From IMG/VR virus record IMGVR_UViG_3300032279_000322, positions 1 through 25,177 of that record: a stretch of 25,177 nucleotides of DNA. One strand, given 5' to 3'. Shown one piece after another: positions 8,215-16,547 of the stretch (positions are counted from its first letter, which is position 1; the number at the start of each line of letters is the position of its first letter). The position numbers were made by a program, and so were the translations under genes. The DNA comes from a virus. Taxonomy: Duplodnaviria > Caudoviricetes. The notes below the pieces were generated by a model that was not told the origin of the DNA, ran no database searches, and saw nothing but the letters and a program-made list of their open reading frames with translations.

Positions 8215-9204
8215 ATGCTAAAAGAAGGCGACTTTGTTATGGGATCAACCTCTGAGGGGGTTGTGCACGGTGTTATAGAGCACATTATGACAGAAGGCGG
8301 AGTCTATGGAGTTCCTGGAACAGAGTATGCAATTCAATCTATGCCACCAGAAAATCCAGCAATGGCTGTTAGAATTTACAAAGAAGAAAATGGTACATGG
8401 GAGCCAACAGCATATAGTATTGGAATGATGTACAAGGATGCTACTAAAGTAGAAATGGAAAATCACACAATGGATTCAGAAACAGGGATGGCAATGTTTG
8501 ATGCTCAGATGGGCAAAGCAGATGATTCAATAATGCCAACAGATACATATCAAGGCAAGGCGTATGAAGGTTGTGGATGCCCAACATGTAAAGAATTAAA
8601 TGTAAACTGCGATAACTGTCCTGTTTGTCAGGCTGGAGAAATGAAATCAGATTGCTGTGCTAATGTAAATAAGCAAGCACCTTGTTGGGATGGATATGTA
8701 CAAAGAGGAATGAAGCCAGGAGATAATGGTAAGCCAGTTCCTAATTGCGTACCTGCTGCAAAAGCAGATGACCTTTGGGAAGACTCTGATGATGTTGAAT
8801 ACGAAACAGATTCAGTGTCAAAAGCAGAAGGATACTCACCACCAGCAGGAGCAAGATCTGCTGCTCGTAGAGCAATTAAGTTTAAAGAAGATGGAAAGGC
8901 TAATGGCGCAGGAACTGCAGTTGGCTGGACTCGTGCAGGGCAGTTAGCAAGAGGTGAATCATTATCTCTCAGCACTGTTAAGAGAATGTACTCATACTTC
9001 TCACGCCATGAAGTAGACAAGAAAGGTAAGGACTGGGGTAACTCAGCAAACCCATCTAACGGATACATCATGTGGTTAGCATGGGGTGGAGACGCAGGAT
9101 TCTCTTGGTCAAGATCAATAGTTAATCGTGAAAAGGATAAGGCCTTATTTGCTGATTTTGGAAAAGATTACACAAGAGTTAACACAGAAAGACACTCACT
9201 ATAA
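8215..9204 (+). CDS. Multi-domain phage protein (SH3/Tudor-like N-terminus, Cys-rich linker, PCW..Y...G.K...VPNC motif, conserved helical C-domain)
   Basis: TATAAT-6nt-ATG at 8215; C-domain G.GT.VG..RA.QLA.GE.LS..TVKRM.S.F.RH...AWGG.AG.SW of a type I recall from head-associated phage proteins. Confidence 0.7.
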   Translation: MLKEGDFVMGSTSEGVVHGVIEHIMTEGGVYGVPGTEYAIQSMPPENPAMAVRIYKEENGTWEPTAYSIGMMYKDATKVEMENHTMDSETGMAMFDAQMGKADDSIMPTDTYQGKAYEGCGCPTCKELNVNCDNCPVCQAGEMKSDCCANVNKQAPCWDGYVQRGMKPGDNGKPVPNCVPAAKADDLWEDSDDVEYETDSVSKAEGYSPPAGARSAARRAIKFKEDGKANGAGTAVGWTRAGQLARGESLSLSTVKRMYSYFSRHEVDKKGKDWGNSANPSNGYIMWLAWGGDAGFSWSRSIVNREKDKALFADFGKDYTRVNTERHSL

Positions 9205-9350
9205 TGCCTAAGAAAAAAGCAGGAGCATTTAACGATACCCAGATTAAGGATGGTTGGATTGTTAAGATGCGTAAAGATGGAAGAATTAAGGCAAAGATTG
9301 AACGCTACATTGATAGAACCACACAACTAAAACCAAAATCAGAAAGATAA
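9204..9350 (+). CDS. Small basic hypothetical protein (48 aa, MPKKKAGAFNDTQIKDGWIV...)
   Basis: TAATG overlap; not in the ORF track. Confidence 0.7.
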   Translation: MPKKKAGAFNDTQIKDGWIVKMRKDGRIKAKIERYIDRTTQLKPKSER

Positions 9351-9423
9351 TTAATAGATATACTTTTCTTGTTTTTCTATTTGTTTTTTTATTTTTTTAA
9401 ACCTATACCAAATCACTATTTTT

Positions 9424-10314
9424 TTAATTAATTTCAATTCCAAACCTCTTTATTTCTTTTATAAAAGACTGCAACCAATATTCATGAGACAAAACACCAG
9501 CGTGACCATCTCTTCTTTTAATATCATATTTTTCTAAAATTCCATCTGGTCTTTTATTTTTTATCATTTTCATATATTCTTCGTGGTTCATTGCAAAAAA
9601 ATCTTTATGTTGATTAAATAATTCTATATTATGGTTATCTGAGTATTCCCATGTTGACCACAAAACTTTTACATTATTTTGTTTGCAGTATTCTATAAAA
9701 ATTTTCCAACCTAATGAAAAATTTAAGAACTCTTTATAATAATCTTCAATGGTTGCTGGTTGATCATCTACAACGCTTTTTGGTTCTGGCTCATTAACAT
9801 TTCCATCATCTTTGTATCTTTGAATATACAAATAATCATCGTTATGCCAAATAAAATGTCTAGTTATATTAGGCATTAAAACAAAAAGATAGTCTGGAAA
9901 TCCATATTTTTTTGAATATGCCATAAAGTTTGCAATTATTTTTTGCCATCCATAGCCAGACCTAGCAATAGAATAAAACCCATCTGTTAAATTGTTTAGT
10001 TTAAGTTTATCATGAAGCATCTTAGACCAAACAGTATCTAGGGGACTACCAACCCCTTCGGTTTGTGAGCAACCAACAAAAAGGATGTGCTTGCCTGGAG
10101 TATGTTGATCTGTAAAGTCATCTGATCTAAAACCATCTTTATTAAAATCATATTCTATAGTAGAGTCATCTTCTGCTCTTTCTATTGGTAGAAGTGTATA
10201 GTGTCTATTACCTTGATGCTCAGGCATATTCATCCAAGTTATATCAAATTCATAATTAAATATGTCATTTGCATTTGAATAAACTTTATTTTTTAAATTA
10301 TAATCTTCTATCAT
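9424..10314 (-). CDS. SGNH/GDSL-hydrolase-like protein (paralog 1)
   Basis: N.DGFR, ILFVGCSQTEGVG (block I), IARSG (block II), RDGHAG..SH (block V). Confidence 0.7.
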   Translation of the reverse strand: MIEDYNLKNKVYSNANDIFNYEFDITWMNMPEHQGNRHYTLLPIERAEDDSTIEYDFNKDGFRSDDFTDQHTPGKHILFVGCSQTEGVGSPLDTVWSKMLHDKLKLNNLTDGFYSIARSGYGWQKIIANFMAYSKKYGFPDYLFVLMPNITRHFIWHNDDYLYIQRYKDDGNVNEPEPKSVVDDQPATIEDYYKEFLNFSLGWKIFIEYCKQNNVKVLWSTWEYSDNHNIELFNQHKDFFAMNHEEYMKMIKNKRPDGILEKYDIKRRDGHAGVLSHEYWLQSFIKEIKRFGIEIN

Positions 10315-11015
10315 TAAAAATCCCTTGTAATGTATATATCATTAAAACTATAGTTATGCAAAGCCAATGCTTTAACAGACCAATTTTTATTATTATTTAA
10401 AAACCAATTAACAGAAAAATATGTTCCATAAAAAGAATTTTGGTTCATTCCGTCATATATTAAATAATCATTGATACCAATTATACCACCTACCTTTATG
10501 TGTTTTGATATCTCATCAAGCATAAGCATTGTATGCTCTCTTCCATTTTGTGTATCTAAGTATATGTAATCAAAATCTTTGTCTTGATTTATCAAAGTGT
10601 CTTCTGCTTCACCCTTAATAATATGAACATTATTATATTGAGAAAACTCATCTCTAACATATTGTTCATGAGTTTCTGCCGTAAAAAGAATTGTATGCTT
10701 TATTGGCTCACACTGACAGGATCCAGTTCTAACCCAACTCCAGCATTTTGAGTCAATGGAGTATCTGTCTAAAAGCCATATCTCTTTTGGATTACATGCT
10801 TCTGCTATTAGTTTTGAATAATATCCCCAAGAAACACCAATCTCCATATATTTTATATTTTTAGGCAAGTGCTCAACATATTCTTCTCTGGAAGAAAATA
10901 TTTTTGCATTATTTAATTGATCTTGTGATATTAATGGGGTGTGCTCTATCTGATCACCTTGTAATTTTTTAAGACTTCCATCATCATTAAACCCATTTAC
11001 TGGTATTTTTGACAT
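10314..11015 (-). CDS. Class I SAM-dependent methyltransferase (Methyltransf_24-like)
   Basis: MEIGV.WG.YS, FDYIYLD, IK.GG.I..NDY. Confidence 0.85.
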   Translation of the reverse strand: MSKIPVNGFNDDGSLKKLQGDQIEHTPLISQDQLNNAKIFSSREEYVEHLPKNIKYMEIGVSWGYYSKLIAEACNPKEIWLLDRYSIDSKCWSWVRTGSCQCEPIKHTILFTAETHEQYVRDEFSQYNNVHIIKGEAEDTLINQDKDFDYIYLDTQNGREHTMLMLDEISKHIKVGGIIGINDYLIYDGMNQNSFYGTYFSVNWFLNNNKNWSVKALALHNYSFNDIYITRDF

Positions 11016-11044
11016 ATGCCCTCCGTTAAAAGTATATCATGTTG

Positions 11045-11117
11045 TACCCCTGGCAAGAATCGAACTTGCGACGCATGGCTTAGAAGTCCATCGTTCTGTC
11101 CACTGAACTACAGAGGT
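11045..11117 (-). tRNA. tRNA-Arg(TCT)
   Basis: Acceptor ACCTCTG/CAGGGGT, anticodon loop CTTCTAA, GTTCGATTC T-arm. Confidence 0.9.
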
Positions 11118-11128
11118 CTAGTAGGCGG

Positions 11129-11199
11129 CTCCCAGACATGGATTCGAACCACGATTAAGGGCTTCAAAGGCCCCTGTCCTGCCGTTAGACGATCTAGGA
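11129..11199 (-). tRNA. tRNA-Gln(TTG)
   Basis: Acceptor TCCTAGA/TCTGGGA, loop CTTTGAA, GGTTCGAATCC. Confidence 0.92.
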
Positions 11200-11208
11200 A
11201 TGATATTG

Positions 11209-11281
11209 TATCTCCAACGGGATTCGAACCCGTGTTGCCACCGTGAAAGGGTGGAGTCCTAGGCCACTAGACCATGGAGAC
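11209..11281 (-). tRNA. tRNA-Glu(TTC)
   Basis: Acceptor GTCTCCA/TGGAGAT, loop CTTTCAC, GGTTCGAATCC. Confidence 0.93.
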
Positions 11282-11282
11282 T

Positions 11283-11356
11283 TGGAGCGGATGATGAGAA
11301 TCGAACTCACCCCTTCTGCTTGGAAGGCAGAGGCACTACCAATATGCAACATCCGC
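11283..11356 (-). tRNA. tRNA-Gly(TCC), CCA encoded
   Basis: Acceptor GCGGATG/CATCCGC, loop CTTCCAA, 3' TCCA. Confidence 0.93.
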
Positions 11357-11360
11357 ATCG

Positions 11361-11435
11361 TACACCAGGTAGGACTTGAACCTACGAATAGCCGAATTAT
11401 GAGTTCGGTGCCTTAACCAACTTGGCTACTGGTGC
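11361..11435 (-). tRNA. tRNA with CAT anticodon (elongator Met or Ile2)
   Basis: Acceptor GCACCAG/CTGGTGT, CCGAA-CTCATAA-TTCGG; lacks the initiator GGG/CCC anticodon stem. Confidence 0.88.
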
Positions 11436-11441
11436 TTAAAA

Positions 11442-11585
11442 TTAAGATATCAGTATGCCAAGCAAAATGCCAATAACAAAAGAAAAAGATCCAATTGTCC
11501 AGTGATAGTATCTAATTAAATAGTTTTTAATTATTTTATCTTTAATGTTTTCTGGAACATCCTCAATATTAATTGTTTGTACCAT
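11442..11585 (-). CDS. Small C-terminal-TM protein (47 aa) at the head of the tRNA unit
   Basis: AGGGGAG RBS; MVQTINIEDVPENIKDKIIK...FVIGILLGILIS; not in the ORF track. Confidence 0.6.
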   Translation of the reverse strand: MVQTINIEDVPENIKDKIIKNYLIRYYHWTIGSFSFVIGILLGILIS

Positions 11586-11607
11586 TTTCTCCCCTATTCA
11601 TATAACC

Positions 11608-11636
11608 AGTATACATCAAATCAGCGGTTGAGTCAA
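11608..11636 (-). promoter_or_regulatory. Sigma70-type promoter upstream of the tRNA cluster
   Basis: TTGACT-N17-TATACT on the minus strand. Confidence 0.7.
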
Positions 11637-11637
11637 A

Positions 11638-12201
11638 TTAAAGTATAATCTTTTTCTCAATTAGTTCATTATATGTTTTATTAATCTTATATAAATCTAT
11701 ATTATTTAAAAGAATATTTCTTATTTTTTCATAACTTTCAACTTCTCGTGCAGATGCAAAAAAGACATTTGGGATTGGATCAATCTTTACAATATCTATA
11801 TTATTTAATTCAACACTATTATTTTTTGCTAAATAACTAAACAGTTCTTCAGGTTTTAAAATCAAATCGTTAAAATCAAATATGCTTACATAACTATTTT
11901 GACTAATTAAGTTATAAAAATTTTCAAGTAAGTCTATGCGTCTCATTAGCCTATATTCAATTCTATTTGTATTTTTTATATTTTTCATTATTTCTAGTGT
12001 TACTTGAGAAGATATTACATCAACTGGATTTCTAATTATTGAAATATGAAATAAATCTTTATTGTTTAAAAGTTTTTCAATACTGTTATTTATTGCATAT
12101 GAAGTGATAAGTTTATTTGCAAACAATATTCTAGAATTTTTTATAAAAAATGTTGTTCCAGATCTTGGATAACAACTTAGATGAATTTGTTTTGCTGTCA
12201 T
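11638..12201 (-). CDS. Sulfotransferase-like protein (paralog 2)
   Basis: SCYPRSGTTFF, IIRNPVDVISS, FDFNDL. Confidence 0.78.
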   Translation of the reverse strand: MTAKQIHLSCYPRSGTTFFIKNSRILFANKLITSYAINNSIEKLLNNKDLFHISIIRNPVDVISSQVTLEIMKNIKNTNRIEYRLMRRIDLLENFYNLISQNSYVSIFDFNDLILKPEELFSYLAKNNSVELNNIDIVKIDPIPNVFFASAREVESYEKIRNILLNNIDLYKINKTYNELIEKKIIL

Positions 12202-12770
12202 ATTATTTTAAAGTTTCCCCATCGTGACCATCTAATTATTTTCATTTTTTCAGGCCTATCATCTATCTCTTCATGATTCCATTCTGGTAGTGGAATGTTG
12301 TATGCTTTTTGAAGTGCGTCTTCTTCACTATCTGCATAAACATCTATATTGTAGTTATCTTGAAGAGTTGCCCTAATAGTATATTTATTTTTTCCGTCTT
12401 GTTTTTTAATTTTGGGGTAATAATATATTTTATACTGTTTAACTAATTCATTAGTGTTATTTTGATTAGATATCATAAAGCCAATTTCAGAAGGAAAAGT
12501 TAAAAAGTCTCCTTCATCTGCATCATGAGATATCTTAGGGTTAGAGTTAAAATTTACTCTAAAGGCTTTTAATGGCAACAATACATTTACCCAGTTTGGT
12601 AGATCATCAGAACTTTCAAGACTAAAAGTAAAATCTTTATATTTTGCAACTAAAGATCCAGTAATTACCTCTAAAACATTGGACTCGTTTTGTAAATCTT
12701 CTTTTGAAAAACAATTTTTTGCTATAACTATATTTTTAATATCTGTTTTATCAATTTTAATATCATGCAT
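12198..12770 (-). CDS. Hypothetical protein with C-terminal 'V.A.SEEDA' small domain
   Basis: Start probably 12770 (overlaps the nuclease stop); C-terminal YTIRATLQDNYNIDVYADSEEDALQKA. Confidence 0.6.
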   Translation of the reverse strand: MHDIKIDKTDIKNIVIAKNCFSKEDLQNESNVLEVITGSLVAKYKDFTFSLESSDDLPNWVNVLLPLKAFRVNFNSNPKISHDADEGDFLTFPSEIGFMISNQNNTNELVKQYKIYYYPKIKKQDGKNKYTIRATLQDNYNIDVYADSEEDALQKAYNIPLPEWNHEEIDDRPEKMKIIRWSRWGNFKII

Positions 12771-13176
12771 GCTGTATATACCTAACCTCATCAATGATTT
12801 TATGTTTGAGTGCAAGATTAATCATCTCATCAGAATAACTTCCAACTTCTGGTTCTGCAGAAAAATACACAACATAATATATATCGTTAAATGTTTTTAT
12901 TAAAGCACCATTAGCAATTGCCTTTTTTACATTATCTGTTCTTTGTGCCCCAGGCCTTTTGCCTTCCCCCGCTTTTCCACCTTTTGCCTCTATGTATTCA
13001 AAGCGGTTTTCAGAAAATACTTTAAAATCTACCTCGCAGCCAGAACCAGTAAAATAATAATCTCTATCAAGAGTATTAAATCCACGACTAAGTAGGTCTT
13101 GATAAACAAGTTCTTCAAATTCATCTCCGATTTTTTTGGATTCAGACTGAAAGTAATTATTTTTTTCATTAATCAT
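12763..13176 (-). CDS. PD-(D/E)XK restriction-endonuclease-like nuclease
   Basis: GDEFEELV...EVDF...IEAKGG catalytic motifs; TATACT-6nt-ATG. Confidence 0.8.
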   Translation of the reverse strand: MINEKNNYFQSESKKIGDEFEELVYQDLLSRGFNTLDRDYYFTGSGCEVDFKVFSENRFEYIEAKGGKAGEGKRPGAQRTDNVKKAIANGALIKTFNDIYYVVYFSAEPEVGSYSDEMINLALKHKIIDEVRYIQHA

Positions 13177-13190
13177 ATAATCAGTATACC

Positions 13191-13313
13191 CTATTCATCT
13201 GATGGTTTATCGTCTTTAGGAACCCAAACTTTTTTTCCATCTTTCCATACTGGCCAATAGCCTAGGCTACGCCAATCCATTTGAACGATCTTTGGCTCTT
13301 TAATCTTGATCAA
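13191..13313 (-). CDS. Small Trp-rich hypothetical protein (MDWRSLGYWPVWKDGKKVWVP)
   Basis: Open frame filling the gap; start is the TTG at 13313 or the ATG at 13280. Confidence 0.55.
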   Translation of the reverse strand: MIKIKEPKIVQMDWRSLGYWPVWKDGKKVWVPKDDKPSDE

Positions 13314-13389
13314 CCTTATATGTCATAGCAACATAGCATGCAACATATCCCATAATAAAAGCGGGAATTAAAAATAATACATTAATCAT
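13300..13389 (-). CDS. 29-aa TM peptide
   Basis: GGAGG RBS and TTGACT-N17-TATAAT promoter (13409-13437). Confidence 0.55.
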   Translation of the reverse strand: MINVLFLIPAFIMGYVACYVAMTYKVDQD

Positions 13390-13441
13390 AACTTACCTCC
13401 TTGTATCTATTATATACTAAACCCTACAAGAAGTCAATAGG

Positions 13442-13576
13442 CTAGGAAACAAGATAATTTGTCATATGACATTGACAGAAACCAACAACCTCATATTGAC
13501 CATCTGATACTTCATAAATATCATCATATCTAGCAGGCATGTCACAATTATTACATTTTTCTATATTTTTATCCAT
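13442..13576 (-). CDS. Small zinc-finger-like protein (CxxC...CxxH)
   Basis: MDKNIEKCNNCDMPARY...GFCQCHM. Confidence 0.6.
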   Translation of the reverse strand: MDKNIEKCNNCDMPARYDDIYEVSDGQYEVVGFCQCHMTNYLVS

Positions 13577-13578
13577 AA

Positions 13579-14103
13579 TTAAATTATAACATACTTGTAT
13601 TTTAAAGCATCTAAATATGCCTCATTAGCCTCTGTGAATATGTCTGTATTTTGCATGGCATATTGGTGTAGTGGTGTATATGATGGATGATCCTTTACAG
13701 AACTTCTTAAATTAATTGGGTATACAACATCCAGATTTTTGGGGTATACAATATCGCCATCAAAATCTACTATACTACGAAATACCCCTACAGGATTAGA
13801 AATTAGATCATTAAAGTCGTATACAGCAATTTTGGATAGATCGTATTTGTTTATATGATCTACATAAAATTTAGATGCTCCAACTAGGGTAGGATGATAT
13901 TCTTTCTCAACAAGTTGTGTTTTGGTCGTAGCATGATTATGTATTATTCCAGACACTACCGCATCAATTGGATTTCTAAGCACAATGATGCATTTTTCAT
14001 GTGAAAGTCCATATGTTGAATCTTTTTTTATTTCAATATAATCTCTTAGATTTTCTAATAAAAAATTAGATCCAGATCTAGGATGAGACACTACATAGTG
14101 CAC
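13579..14103 (-). CDS. Sulfotransferase-like protein (paralog 3)
   Basis: VSHPRSGSNFL, VLRNPIDAVVS, YDFNDL; GAGGAG RBS before GTG. Confidence 0.78.
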   Translation of the reverse strand: MHYVVSHPRSGSNFLLENLRDYIEIKKDSTYGLSHEKCIIVLRNPIDAVVSGIIHNHATTKTQLVEKEYHPTLVGASKFYVDHINKYDLSKIAVYDFNDLISNPVGVFRSIVDFDGDIVYPKNLDVVYPINLRSSVKDHPSYTPLHQYAMQNTDIFTEANEAYLDALKYKYVII

Positions 14104-14105
14104 TC

Positions 14106-14234
14106 TTACTCCTCAAATGATATTTGAGATTCAAAGATTTTTAATTGGCATTTAGGGCAAGACTTTGTAGGGTTTGGGTTATCATATGTAACCTCAAACA
14201 TTCCACCACAATCAAAGCATAGGACAGCAGGCAT
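14106..14234 (-). CDS. Small zinc-ribbon protein (42 aa)
   Basis: CFDC...CPKC; TATACT-6nt-ATG. Confidence 0.65.
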   Translation of the reverse strand: MPAVLCFDCGGMFEVTYDNPNPTKSCPKCQLKIFESQISFEE

Positions 14235-14346
14235 TTATCCAGTATATCATATATGGCTGATATTGACTAATAGGTGTAGTCTTTTTTCTTTTTATTTTTC
14301 CTCAATAAAGACCGAATAAGTCTTTCTAAATAAAACAGGGTAAATT

Positions 14347-15231
14347 TCATGAATAAATCTTATCATATTCATTAAGAAATAGTTCATAATAGTGAATTTG
14401 TCTGTGTGCACCAATGTGGGGCAAACTTGATAACTCTATATCCATACCATGAAGCCATGCGTACTGCTCTAATTTGTTAGATGGTGTGTGACAATCCTTA
14501 GATCCATTAAACACCTCAACAATACCATCTCTAACCCATAAAGCAGAATCAGACCTAACATACCCACTGTAACTGTTGTTATGTGGTAAGCCATCCATAA
14601 TGAAATCATCTGTTGGATCCCAAAATGCATATTTAAAAATAATATTATTAGATATACAGTATTGCTCAAAATTTAAAATATATTTTAATGATAATAGGGT
14701 TGGCAGTTTTGAGGTTATAACTTCTTCCAACTTATGTGGTTTTTGTGAATATTTTGGTAAATCCCCCTGAGTTGGAACAGCAGTATCTCTTGCAAAATCA
14801 AAACCATGTCTTCCAACAAAAACACTCCTATCTGTCCAAACATTCATTCTTGCTAAACTTGGAAATAAACAAAATAATACTTTTGGCTTACCAAATTTGT
14901 CAAAGTATGCGATTAGATTATCTATGATTGTTGTTATGGCACCATTGCTAATACCAAGGTTTCGTGTCTCGATCTGCTTTGCTTTTGCAATACGGTTGCC
15001 CCAAATCAAAGACTCGTCAATACCCCATCCCCAAGTATGAGAGCATCCAGAAAAAATAAAGTCTGGTGTTCTACCAAACTCTTGTGTGCGAAATCCAAGG
15101 GAATTTGTAATGTACTTTGTATTAGGATCAATCGTGATCTTTGGGCCAAATGGCATACCATATCCATTAAATACTCCAGTGCTATACATCTCTAAGCGAA
15201 GCATATTTAGTATGTTCGAATCTTTTTGCAT
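14347..15231 (-). CDS. SGNH/GDSL-hydrolase-like protein (paralog 2)
   Basis: NSLGFR, IFSGCSHTWGWG, NLGISNG, LPHIG; TATAAT-6nt-ATG. Confidence 0.7.
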   Translation of the reverse strand: MQKDSNILNMLRLEMYSTGVFNGYGMPFGPKITIDPNTKYITNSLGFRTQEFGRTPDFIFSGCSHTWGWGIDESLIWGNRIAKAKQIETRNLGISNGAITTIIDNLIAYFDKFGKPKVLFCLFPSLARMNVWTDRSVFVGRHGFDFARDTAVPTQGDLPKYSQKPHKLEEVITSKLPTLLSLKYILNFEQYCISNNIIFKYAFWDPTDDFIMDGLPHNNSYSGYVRSDSALWVRDGIVEVFNGSKDCHTPSNKLEQYAWLHGMDIELSSLPHIGAHRQIHYYELFLNEYDKIYS

Positions 15232-15285
15232 ATTTTAATTATAGCATTCTTAATTATTTCAAGGTATGTAAAGTATAATAGTGCT

Positions 15286-15603
15286 ATGAATGAAGCAATC
15301 CTATATATCATTTATAGTCCTACACACAAGGCTATTAAGATAGGCATATCAGATATATCAGGTAAGAGGTTTGCCACACATAGGAATAAAGGGTGGAAAT
15401 TGGTTTGTTATTGGCATTTTTTTGAGCGGGATAAGGCAAGAAGAGTAGAATCCCTAGTAATACAAACACTAAGAAAGAAGTATGAGCCATTCCTTAGTAA
15501 GGAAGACATGCCACAAAATGGTTATACTGAAACATTCTCATCCAAGCAAATCAAAAAAAAATCACTGATTCGATTAGTAAATAAAACTATTAAAACTTTA
15601 TAG
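15286..15603 (+). CDS. GIY-YIG-superfamily (T5orf172/MUG113-like) nuclease
   Basis: LYII....AIKIGIS...RF..H...W.L...E..V...L...GYTETF; TATAAT-6nt-ATG at 15286. Confidence 0.75.
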   Translation: MNEAILYIIYSPTHKAIKIGISDISGKRFATHRNKGWKLVCYWHFFERDKARRVESLVIQTLRKKYEPFLSKEDMPQNGYTETFSSKQIKKKSLIRLVNKTIKTL

Positions 15604-16126
15604 TTTTTAAAAGTGCCTCTTCGTATAAAGCGTTTGCTTCATCAAAAATACTAGAGTGTTCTACTGCAAAGTTATAAAGATTTTCGTAATCTTTGTGGTT
15701 TTTTAGAGATCCGTGAAGTGATCCTCCTGAGTCAACCAATGTTTCATTGGTAAGGTGTATGCCTACCATTGCTGATATTACTTGATGAGTCTTAGAGATT
15801 AAATCATTAAAGTCAAACTTAAGAACTTCATCAATAGAGCATGCAGGTACATGTTTTGAATACCTTGCAGCAGATTGTATTAAACCATATTCGTTTATCT
15901 GAAGTTCTTCTTTTCTATTTTCAACCCCATGTATAATTGATGAAACAATAGCATCTATTGGCTTTCTAAGAACTAAGATATATGTATTTTCAAATTTTTT
16001 TTCTAAAAAGTCTTTATTCCAAATATGGGTATATGGATGTTTGTCTATTGTAATATCTGAAAACTTTCTTACATTATCAATTATAAAGTTTGATCCAGAT
16101 CTTGGTTGTGAAATTATTAAATGCAT
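15590..16126 (-). CDS. Sulfotransferase-like protein (paralog 4, closest to paralog 3)
   Basis: ISQPRSGSNFI, VLRKPIDAIVS, FDFNDLIS, IF.EAN..Y..AL; AAGGAG RBS. Confidence 0.78.
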   Translation of the reverse strand: MHLIISQPRSGSNFIIDNVRKFSDITIDKHPYTHIWNKDFLEKKFENTYILVLRKPIDAIVSSIIHGVENRKEELQINEYGLIQSAARYSKHVPACSIDEVLKFDFNDLISKTHQVISAMVGIHLTNETLVDSGGSLHGSLKNHKDYENLYNFAVEHSSIFDEANALYEEALLKTIKF

Positions 16127-16223
16127 GATTGCTCCTTAAATGATTTAACATATTGATACATTGATTCTACTATTGCTACTACAGATATACCTATCATAGC
16201 ATATACCCAATAAACATAAAGAA

Positions 16224-16340
16224 TCATACCTTCGGCATTACCATTTCACACGGGCATATGATTGAGTCAGGTAATTCGTGAACCTTGGTGGTAATAACAA
16301 TACTTGTCTTACACTCTGTACACTTGTATGTTGTCTTCAT
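16224..16340 (-). CDS. Small zinc-ribbon protein (38 aa)
   Basis: YKCTEC...ICPC; AGGAG RBS. Confidence 0.6.
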   Translation of the reverse strand: MKTTYKCTECKTSIVITTKVHELPDSIICPCEMVMPKV

Positions 16341-16442
16341 TTTTCTCCTAATTTGGTGATTACTTTAAGTATATCAGGCTTTTATTATTAGAGTTCGGCG
16401 CAAAATAGGAGTTATAAAACCATCCCATGCCCTACAAGGGCA

Positions 16443-16547
16443 CTATCGGTGAGCATCCTTCATATGCCTAGATAAAGAGTCGTGTCCAAATATACCCCAT
16501 CTTAGGTCCCATTCCTTTTTACAGATTGGGCAGATTAGCATTCTCAT
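16443..16547 (-). CDS. C2H2 zinc-finger microprotein (34 aa)
   Basis: CPICKKEWDLRWGIFGHDSLSRHMKDAH; ATGA overlap; followed by the hairpin TGCCCT-ACA-AGGGCA (16428-16442). Confidence 0.65.
   Translation of the reverse strand: MRMLICPICKKEWDLRWGIFGHDSLSRHMKDAHR

Noticed and set aside
9351-9423. T-rich tract at the strand convergence as a classical terminator
   Set aside because: No GC stem is visible; it may still terminate transcription but that cannot be supported from sequence.
11016-11246. Track ORF on the + strand
   Set aside because: It is the antisense of the tRNA cluster.
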